This document shows positions 27,506 to 34,159 of a DNA stretch of 34,159 bases, piece by piece. The stretch comes from a virus (lineage: Duplodnaviria > Caudoviricetes), in IMG/VR virus record IMGVR_UViG_3300033420_000024, positions 1 to 34,159 of that record, one strand, 5' to 3'. The position numbers and the translations under genes are program-made. Every line of letters begins with the position of its first letter. Position 1 is the stretch's first letter. The notes beneath the pieces were generated by a model that was not told the origin of the DNA, made no database searches, and worked only from the letters and a program-made list of their open reading frames with translations.

Positions 27506-27760
27506 TTACTTTGTTCCGATTTTGTAGTTCTCTTTTGTCAGAGCCATATTCTTTGCCATAGCCCCCTGTATAACACCGGCAGCTGTTAATATGCCCAGTG
27601 CTATATTTGCCCCAAATGAAACCCAGGGGTTTATGGTCCCTACAAGCGGACTTGCTGCAGCATTGAGTAGGACTAACCCTATGCCTCCCAAAACCTCTTT
27701 ACGCTTCCACCAAGTTTTAGGCTTAGGCACTGGCGGGTTCTGTTGTGTTTGTTCCGGCAT
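27506..27760 (-). CDS. Putative holin
   Basis: 84 aa, KTWWKRK followed by two hydrophobic segments, near the endolysin. Confidence 0.55.
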   Translation of the reverse strand: MPEQTQQNPPVPKPKTWWKRKEVLGGIGLVLLNAAASPLVGTINPWVSFGANIALGILTAAGVIQGAMAKNMALTKENYKIGTK

Positions 27761-28271
27761 CCGATACCTTGCTTTTTACAAAATATTTAAAGAAATAGTT
27801 CTTTAGTTCGACAGCTAATTTAAAGCCGTCAATTGACATTTCGAGAGTTTTCCCTTCATCTAATCCCGTGCCTCTTAGAGCCGAAATAATCTCGTTCCTT
27901 TCATCATCGGTGATGGTATCCTTAAACTCACTCGGTAAGTGAGGGATTGAACCAATGAAACCAGGTAAATTGATCACGGGTTTTAAAAAGTTTCCTGCAT
28001 CGGCAAAGTTGACCTTACCGTCATTCTTTAGCGATTCCTCAATAGCATCTCCTATGCTTCCAAGAAATTCAACCGCCTTAATAATGTTCTCCACTCCGAA
28101 TTCGTTTTTATCCGGCATAATGACCCCCTGTAATTTGTTTGGTATATTGTTAATTTGTTTTTTACTTTTGTTTGTTTGGAGAAATTCCATTTTCGGATTT
28201 ACCTTTTGGAGTTCCTCTTTTTCCTGCTCAATATTATCCTCAATTTCCTGCAAGTTGCATAATTCACACAT
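27723..28271 (-). CDS. Hypothetical lysis-region protein; second in-frame start at 28118
   Basis: GGAGGT before ATG 28271 and AGGGGG before ATG 28118 (MPDKNEFG). Confidence 0.65.
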   Translation of the reverse strand: MCELCNLQEIEDNIEQEKEELQKVNPKMEFLQTNKSKKQINNIPNKLQGVIMPDKNEFGVENIIKAVEFLGSIGDAIEESLKNDGKVNFADAGNFLKPVINLPGFIGSIPHLPSEFKDTITDDERNEIISALRGTGLDEGKTLEMSIDGFKLAVELKNYFFKYFVKSKVSDAGTNTTEPASA

Positions 28272-28272
28272 A

Positions 28273-28545
28273 TTATTTTTTTACCTCCGTTTTCTGATAA
28301 AAACAACCTGTGATATAATCAATTGAGATAAACACAATAGCGGACGCCATACCCGCGGGCGTTGCGGTTACTATCCGTATTGTGATTCCGGTTGCAATAT
28401 TTCCTACTATTGCAAGCCAGTTTACTTTTTCTTTTTCCCTCTCGGTTTCCGGCAGTTCGCCATCTTTGAGAGAATAATAAGCAGTCCCGCAATTGAACGT
28501 GGTTGCCATAATAATAATTAGGGCAAACATTTTGATAAATTTCAT
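28273..28545 (-). CDS. Putative lipoprotein with hydrophobic C-terminal segments
   Basis: Signal-like N-terminus ending TFNCG; ATGA-coupled to the endolysin. Confidence 0.6.
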   Translation of the reverse strand: MKFIKMFALIIIMATTFNCGTAYYSLKDGELPETEREKEKVNWLAIVGNIATGITIRIVTATPAGMASAIVFISIDYITGCFYQKTEVKK

Positions 28546-29027
28546 TTTGTTATTACCGGTTTAGTGAATAATTTATATTCTTTCCTTCGTCTGAATAGAA
28601 GTCCGTTCAATACTTTTAGCAGTAATGTTTTTGGGTCTCTTGCTTTGCTGTATTGCTCCCAGTAGGCTTGTCTCCATTCCGGATCTGTTACTCTAATCCC
28701 GTCATTTATATTTTTTATTAATCCAAGATTCTCAAAGTTTCTAATATTGAAGGCAAGGCTTACAAGAGCGGAGAATTGATTTTCATTTAATTCGACCTTC
28801 ACAGCTTTTCGGACTTTATTCTCAGCGTCTTTGCAGTCATTCCTTAAGATATCCAATGCCGCGCTTTCGGTGATACCCTGCATTAGGTACTCTTCACCGA
28901 GTAAAATATTATGACCGAAACCGATGAAATAACCCCCACCCTCAAGGCGTCTTTTCGGCTTCAAGGTTAGTCCTTCACGTTCTTTGATTATTTCTAAGCC
29001 TTCGTTATTTATTCTGTAATCGTTCAT
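28542..29027 (-). CDS. GH24-family lysozyme (endolysin)
   Basis: GLEIIKEREG, IGFGH, LNENQFSALVSLAFNI, LNGLLFRRRKEYKLF. Confidence 0.9.
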   Translation of the reverse strand: MNDYRINNEGLEIIKEREGLTLKPKRRLEGGGYFIGFGHNILLGEEYLMQGITESAALDILRNDCKDAENKVRKAVKVELNENQFSALVSLAFNIRNFENLGLIKNINDGIRVTDPEWRQAYWEQYSKARDPKTLLLKVLNGLLFRRRKEYKLFTKPVITK

Positions 29028-29110
29028 CTTTTACCTTTGAATATTTTTGCAATCCACTTAAAAAGCGGGATTAAATTAATTACTATTGGTTTAGGAATTA
29101 AGTTTTTCAT
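29024..29110 (-). CDS. 28-aa cationic amphipathic peptide (not in the ORF track)
   Basis: MKNLIPKPIVINLIPLFKWIAKIFKGKR; ATGA overlaps at both ends. Confidence 0.55.
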   Translation of the reverse strand: MKNLIPKPIVINLIPLFKWIAKIFKGKR

Positions 29111-29144
29111 TTTTGATTGATCTTTTTGATAGGATTCATTTTAT

Positions 29145-29336
29145 TTACTCCTCTATCTTTTTTGATTTCTGCAAATACCTCAGCCCATCCTCACTAATAA
29201 TAATCCTCATTGAGGCGTCTTTTCCAAGCGGGATTATAGCCTCATAATGATACTCGTAGAAATGGGTAAAAGAATGCGGAGGGATTTCTGATAATTCCGT
29301 TTCGGCAGGAATTACAACTTCATTGCTAAACTTCAT
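29145..29336 (-). CDS. Hypothetical protein (63 aa)
   Basis: AGGGG site and ATGA coupling. Confidence 0.65.
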   Translation of the reverse strand: MKFSNEVVIPAETELSEIPPHSFTHFYEYHYEAIIPLGKDASMRIIISEDGLRYLQKSKKIEE

Positions 29337-29506
29337 TTCGATTCCCCTTTAAATTCTTTCCACCTCTTTAATGCTTGCTCAAATTTGAGCTTTGCGATTT
29401 CAAGATTTTCAATTGCAAGATCATCTCCGCCTATACGTTCTTTTCTGATAATCGAATTTAGTAACTCAATATGTGATTCCAGCGTTTCGATTCTCTGATT
29501 GCTCAT
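29333..29506 (-). CDS. 57-aa helical protein (not in the ORF track)
   Basis: GGAGG site; ATGA overlaps on both sides; MSNQRIETLESH...FKGESK. Confidence 0.65.
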   Translation of the reverse strand: MSNQRIETLESHIELLNSIIRKERIGGDDLAIENLEIAKLKFEQALKRWKEFKGESK

Positions 29507-29727
29507 TTTCCCTCCGAATATTCAATTGAATCTAATACAAACTTGCGGGACGAATCAAGTACACAAATGAGCCTTGTATTCTTTGTAATTAGCACTTGCC
29601 CGCCGGTATATTTTATTTTCCGGTTCTGGCTCATAGAGCTTTGAATCGCAAACATTACAATAATAATGCAGGCGATTAAATAAATCGCCGGGACTAAACA
29701 GCCCGGATAACCATGATATTTTTTCAT
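29503..29727 (-). CDS. Small protein with N-terminal membrane segment
   Basis: AGGAGG site; hydrophobic residues ~11-28. Confidence 0.65.
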   Translation of the reverse strand: MKKYHGYPGCLVPAIYLIACIIIVMFAIQSSMSQNRKIKYTGGQVLITKNTRLICVLDSSRKFVLDSIEYSEGK

Positions 29728-30189
29728 TTATCCTCCTACTGAAACATCTATTTTTGGATCGCTAACCTGATCCCTGAGAGATTGCTTATAAACCAAATGC
29801 TCAATAAATTTGGCTCTATCCATTTTAATTTTATCTTTTGGGATAGCACCCTCTTTGTCCATTTCTAACTGCTCAAAATATCTTAGCGTTTTATAGTCAA
29901 GGCTTGCGATTTCCTGCCTTAACTGTTCATCTTTTATTTTTGTTTCTTCCTCGGCTTTTTCGGCGGCAAGTATCTGGTCTTTGTTTGCATCTTCGGTTAT
30001 TTTGTCATCCAAAATTACTACAAACCTACTGCCGGATATTTTTTCAGGTGTATTATTTCTTATCCAGTCCTGATAAGGTTTGTAATTTTGCGGGTCATCG
30101 ATAAACCTTGCAAATATTCCAAGCCCATTATATTCGTATACCCTGTAAGTATTTTGTGAAGTATAATAGTGTTTATAAATTTCATTCAT
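29728..30189 (-). CDS. Putative tail-fibre assembly/chaperone-like protein
   Basis: YKPYQDW..NNTP and EIASLDYKTLR...KQSLRDQ resemble fibre-assembly proteins; follows the fibre genes. Confidence 0.5.
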   Translation of the reverse strand: MNEIYKHYYTSQNTYRVYEYNGLGIFARFIDDPQNYKPYQDWIRNNTPEKISGSRFVVILDDKITEDANKDQILAAEKAEEETKIKDEQLRQEIASLDYKTLRYFEQLEMDKEGAIPKDKIKMDRAKFIEHLVYKQSLRDQVSDPKIDVSVGG

Positions 30190-30218
30190 AAATTCCTCTT
30201 ATTATAATATTTTTTCTA

Positions 30219-30350
30219 CTAAGCATAATAACTGTCTTCTTCTACATCGTTAAAAGATTGCCCGTCTCTAAATAATATTATTTTTTCAACTTCTATATTA
30301 TCGGTATCACTAATAGAGCTATTATCTGGTAAATCTTTTTCACTAATCAT
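30219..30350 (-). CDS. 43-aa acidic protein (not in the ORF track)
   Basis: AGGAG site; MISEKDLPDNSSISDTDNIEVEKIILFRDGQSFNDVEEDSYYA. Confidence 0.5.
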   Translation of the reverse strand: MISEKDLPDNSSISDTDNIEVEKIILFRDGQSFNDVEEDSYYA

Positions 30351-30361
30351 TTTTAATTCTC

Positions 30362-31093
30362 CTAATATGGTTTGTTTGGTGGTCTAAAATTACTGGTCCA
30401 GCGGGCTATGCCTTTAGAAATACGAAGTTCTTGCATATAACAATTCGACCAATTAGAATAAGCTGATCTACCACCTATCTGAGACACAAAAGAAGTATCA
30501 TATGCTAGAGAAGTTGAACTATAAGAAGAAGTGTAGCTTAGAGAGCCTCCAATATAAATTTTAAAATATCCCGATTCTCTAATTATGGCAACATGGTACC
30601 ATTGTCCTACGGACAAACTCCCAGCAGAACCACCATTGACAATATCCCAAGATACATCATTAGACGAACTATAAAAATTCGTTGCTCCCGTAGTTGCACT
30701 TGTATAAAATATTAAAGCAGATATACCCTGATTATTAAGTAAAGATACAATCATATTTAATGCAGATAGACTATTTAAATACACCAAAAAGTCTACTGTG
30801 AGATCACCTGTACCAAAATTAAACAAACTGTTCATAGATATATTAAAATAATCATTAGAGCCGTCAAAATATATACTACTGTTGCTAAATTTTTGTTGTG
30901 TAGTAGATATAGCAGCACCGTTATACGCTGTTATCGTATTTGTGTAATAACTTATATCGGGGATTGCTGTTGACCCGCTTTGACCGTTTCCTCTTATGTG
31001 TAATACAGTATATCTATCCGGCAAACTTCTCTGAAACTTAAACTGCCCAGAAAGAGAGATAGAAGCCAACAATAATATTAGTAGTTTCTTCAT
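30362..31093 (-). CDS. LamG/ConA-like lectin domain protein with Sec signal peptide
   Basis: KFSNSSIYFDGSNDY, FGTGDLTVDF, QWYHVAIIR, ELRISKGIARWTSNF; N-terminus MKKLLILLLASISLSG-Q. Confidence 0.88.
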   Translation of the reverse strand: MKKLLILLLASISLSGQFKFQRSLPDRYTVLHIRGNGQSGSTAIPDISYYTNTITAYNGAAISTTQQKFSNSSIYFDGSNDYFNISMNSLFNFGTGDLTVDFLVYLNSLSALNMIVSLLNNQGISALIFYTSATTGATNFYSSSNDVSWDIVNGGSAGSLSVGQWYHVAIIRESGYFKIYIGGSLSYTSSYSSTSLAYDTSFVSQIGGRSAYSNWSNCYMQELRISKGIARWTSNFRPPNKPY

Positions 31094-31096
31094 ATA

Positions 31097-33028
31097 TTAC
31101 TCCAACACAAACCAAAATGATAAAGTTAAGTTTCTTGCATCAGGTGTTGTATCTGCCCTATCTACACGCAAATCAATTCCATTTCCATAAGAAACTTTGT
31201 AATTAATCGGATTGATATAATAGGCAGAGCTATACATCCAAGTACCATTTCCGGAAGTCATATTTAGCCCCTTGTAGCCGATTAGAGTTTCAGCACTTTT
31301 CCAGATGTTTAGCTTCGTTCCTGCTGTAACATCTATCACCCTGGTAACCGTGGCAAATTGAACCAAATAGGCATCCGAGTTACCCCATTTAAACTCTGCT
31401 CCGGCGTGTAGGTATATCAAGGAATCAAAAAAACCTCCGCTTGTTGGATAGTTACTCCAATACTCTGTAAGTCCGAAATCTGCCTTTACAACGTTCTCGG
31501 CGGGACCAAGAAACAAGGAATCCACACCGGAATAAAAAGCCGCTCCACTCAAAATGCAGGTGTCATTTGTTACTCCAGTTTTTACCTGTGTTATTAAGGC
31601 ATATCTAAAAACAGAATCCACATCTTTGTATTTTACAGGTAATCCCGCCCTGAATCCGGTATTATGAGCAACAAAAACTAATGTATCAGATAACCGAGTT
31701 GAAGCATAGTAAGTCCAAGGCGAATAAGAAGAGCCAGTTCCGCCAGTGCCATTTGCAACGGATGTTATCCGTCCATCTGTGCCAACTGTTATATTAGAAT
31801 TTGTATAACTCCCTGCGGTTGCGGTGTTCTTTTTTGCAAGGGTGGAAGTAGTATCAGCAATTCCCCATTTTCCATTTATCCTTGCGGCGATTGTATTCGT
31901 ATCAGAAGGTATCAAATAAGTTCCAGAAGCCTGTTTGCCATTAGTAAGCGTTCTAACTTGTTGAAGTGAATCTTGCGCCCCAGTGATACCCGAAAAAAGA
32001 TGTCCGTGTGTTCTTTGAGCTTTCGCCAAAAGTGAATCGCTTAAATTTGTAATTGTTGACTGAGCTTGATTGTGAGATATAGGCGCATAAGCCCCTAACT
32101 CCCAAGGCATAACAACGCTTCCAGAATCGGTTTTTTTGTCAATTCTATTCGACAAAGTAATCGTATCTGATCTTGTCAATTTCAAAGTTTGCCAGCTTAA
32201 ATCATCCGGCAAATTATGAGTATTATTCGTGTCTGAGGGTATCAGATAAGTTCCGGCTCTCTGAAAATTATTGATAGAATCTTTGAAGGTTATTGCAGTT
32301 ATATATTTTGTGTTGCTATCTGCGATACTTATCTTTGTATCAATTCTGTTTGATAGGGAGGTCGTATCTATCCCACCCCCACCGGTTAAGTCTGCTGCCC
32401 ATTGCTGAGTTGTCCCTACCATTTTCCACACATAACCATCAGTGCCATTAGCCATCTTAGGTTGATATTTTATATCAGAATAAGTCCTGACATTTCCTGT
32501 GTCCGAAGCTATCAGATACGAACCCTTTGCTTGATACAAATTATTACTATATGTTCTGGCATTCGTTGTGTCAGTCCCATAAACCGATTTATCTAATTTA
32601 GTATTTATCAAAGTCCATTTGCCTGTGGTATCAGAGGCTATAAGGTATGTCCCTTTTGCCTGATACAATCCATTAGAATAATATCGAGCATTGGCAGTAT
32701 CGCTATAATACTTCCACAAAGTTAGCCTGTTTGCTTTTACAGTGTCTAATCTATAAAGAGTTGCAAACTTTGTGCTATCGGCAGAGCTGCCTGAACCAGC
32801 ATTAGCCAATACAGTACTGTCTACGTAATGCTTGCTTGCTACTCCGGGTTTGGAAGTAGTGTCTATTGCTCCAGCTGTAATCCCAGACACCGCGCCCGTA
32901 ACATAGTTTATCACAAAAGGTTTAGTTGCGAGCTTTGTCAGCGTGTCTATATCAACCCACTGTACTCTTTGCACTGTTTGAGAAAAAGCGAAACTTGTAA
33001 AAAACAATAATATCAGTATTTTTTTCAT
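31097..33028 (-). CDS. Tail-fibre-like repetitive protein with Sec signal peptide
   Basis: Thr/Ser/Gly-rich; repeated G(T/S)YLI(A/P)SDT; TAGSYTNSNITVGTDGRITS fibre-like motif; N-terminus MKKILILLFFTSFAFS-Q. Confidence 0.7.
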   Translation of the reverse strand: MKKILILLFFTSFAFSQTVQRVQWVDIDTLTKLATKPFVINYVTGAVSGITAGAIDTTSKPGVASKHYVDSTVLANAGSGSSADSTKFATLYRLDTVKANRLTLWKYYSDTANARYYSNGLYQAKGTYLIASDTTGKWTLINTKLDKSVYGTDTTNARTYSNNLYQAKGSYLIASDTGNVRTYSDIKYQPKMANGTDGYVWKMVGTTQQWAADLTGGGGIDTTSLSNRIDTKISIADSNTKYITAITFKDSINNFQRAGTYLIPSDTNNTHNLPDDLSWQTLKLTRSDTITLSNRIDKKTDSGSVVMPWELGAYAPISHNQAQSTITNLSDSLLAKAQRTHGHLFSGITGAQDSLQQVRTLTNGKQASGTYLIPSDTNTIAARINGKWGIADTTSTLAKKNTATAGSYTNSNITVGTDGRITSVANGTGGTGSSYSPWTYYASTRLSDTLVFVAHNTGFRAGLPVKYKDVDSVFRYALITQVKTGVTNDTCILSGAAFYSGVDSLFLGPAENVVKADFGLTEYWSNYPTSGGFFDSLIYLHAGAEFKWGNSDAYLVQFATVTRVIDVTAGTKLNIWKSAETLIGYKGLNMTSGNGTWMYSSAYYINPINYKVSYGNGIDLRVDRADTTPDARNLTLSFWFVLE

Positions 33029-33469
33029 TTAATTCTCCCAACTGTAACGGATAACATTGCTTGTGTCTTTGATTGAGCCGATGACATATATCCAATTTGT
33101 ATTGGAACATTTTACCTTGTAAATATCACCTGCCTTCATAGGAAATCCGTTTTCTTTTGTTGTACCCGCAACCCCCACGTATACAGTCCCCCAATATTGA
33201 GGCATAACCGTAATTGTTAATCTTTTGCAGGTGTTGCTTGCTAATTGAACCGCCGAAGTATCAATTGCCATCGAGCCATTTCCGGCTATTGAGTCCATAG
33301 CCATTTCGTCAGCTTCTATATTAGCCATTTCGCTTCTTAATGTCTCGGCAAGTGCAGTTAAATCCGTGTTAGTCGCAAATGCAGAATAATCCGGTATCGT
33401 TACAACCAACTTTTTACTTTGTCCAAAAACAAAAAGAGGCAAAAATAAAAACAAAATTATTTTCTTCAT
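33029..33469 (-). CDS. Secreted small beta-rich protein
   Basis: MKKIILFLFLPLFVFG-Q; C-terminal domain ending IRYSWEN. Confidence 0.75.
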   Translation of the reverse strand: MKKIILFLFLPLFVFGQSKKLVVTIPDYSAFATNTDLTALAETLRSEMANIEADEMAMDSIAGNGSMAIDTSAVQLASNTCKRLTITVMPQYWGTVYVGVAGTTKENGFPMKAGDIYKVKCSNTNWIYVIGSIKDTSNVIRYSWEN

Positions 33470-33532
33470 AAAGATAAATCACATTTTTTAAATTGTTCTC
33501 TTGTCAAAATATTTATTACGTGTTTTAAAGTT

Positions 33533-33883
33533 TTAGCGTTCCCAAAAATATCTATAGATATATCCCGTTGCATGCGAACTTATTCTTATACCGGAAACAT
33601 TATCGCAAGGTACCCTCAAACTTTGACTTTTTAAAATCCACATTCCAGTTGTACGCGGATAGTTGTTTGTTGAGATATACAAGGTATCAGTTCCGAGACC
33701 TGCGTCCCCAATCACGGTTATAAATCTTGCGTTAACGTTTTCGGGTAATCTGATAACAGAATCGGCTTTTAGGTATCTTTTCACAGAATCGGGAAAGATT
33801 GTCCTTGTTGGATTCCACATAGTTTGTGAAAACGCGGATACGCCAACAAATGCAAGTAGTAAAAATAATAATGTCTTTTTCAT
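33533..33883 (-). CDS. Secreted small beta-rich protein, probable paralogue of 33029-33469
   Basis: MKKTLLFLLLAFVGVSAFS-Q; ends YRYFWER. Confidence 0.75.
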   Translation of the reverse strand: MKKTLLFLLLAFVGVSAFSQTMWNPTRTIFPDSVKRYLKADSVIRLPENVNARFITVIGDAGLGTDTLYISTNNYPRTTGMWILKSQSLRVPCDNVSGIRISSHATGYIYRYFWER

Positions 33884-33895
33884 AGTTTCCCCCTG

Positions 33896-34159
33896 TTATT
33901 CTTTTTCTTCGTTAATATGTTTTTCTAACTTCTTATTTAGCTCTTTCATTGAGATTCCCAGATTCTCTATTTTTTCAAGAATAGTTTCCAAATCCTTTTT
34001 AAATCCGATGAACTCCTCAGTCATTTTATCAACTTTAGCGGTTTCTGCTTTTGCCATTTCTATCTCTGATATTTTTTTTTCGTTATTCTTTTCTATGTCG
34101 GATATTTTTCTATCGTAGCATTCTTTTAAATCGGATATTTTCTTCTCAAATTCCAACAC
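33896..34159 (-). CDS. Partial coiled-coil protein (5' end outside the window)
   Basis: Frame runs off the window edge; heptad pattern. Confidence 0.65.
   Translation of the reverse strand: MLEFEKKISDLKECYDRKISDIEKNNEKKISEIEMAKAETAKVDKMTEEFIGFKKDLETILEKIENLGISMKELNKKLEKHINEEKE

Noticed and set aside
1-34159. Stop-codon reassignment
   Set aside because: Conserved genes are full length in code 11, and TAA, TAG and TGA all end genes, often in ATGA overlaps. The single in-frame TGA at 10501 is a local case.

Overview
A 34-kb piece of a temperate tailed phage genome. The host is probably in the FCB superphylum, inferred from a Fib_succ_major lipoprotein and signal peptides followed by Gln. Almost all genes are on the minus strand. 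In transcription order they are: tail-fibre-like genes (33.9-29.7 kb), a lysis cassette (29.1-27.5 kb), three plus-strand accessory genes (27.4-24.4 kb), a divergent switch with a tandem RHH regulator (23.9 kb), recombination/replication genes including an iteron-bearing initiator and ssb (23.8-9.7 kb), an attP-like site and tyrosine integrase (9.5-8.2 kb), then terminase, portal and head-associated genes (7.9-0.06 kb). The most unusual signals are: (1) a portal protein fused to an intact C39-like peptidase through a linker that matches a double-glycine leader cleavage motif; (2) four consecutive tail-region genes that all begin with a Sec signal peptide followed by Gln; (3) a putative small terminase split by a -1 shift at an A9/A_AAA_AAG run; (4) an 848-bp cassette flanked by a duplicated gene 3' end; (5) a hidden 28-aa cationic amphipathic peptide coupled to the endolysin; (6) int/attP placed between the replication and packaging modules. 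All family calls come from motif recognition by eye; no searches were run.
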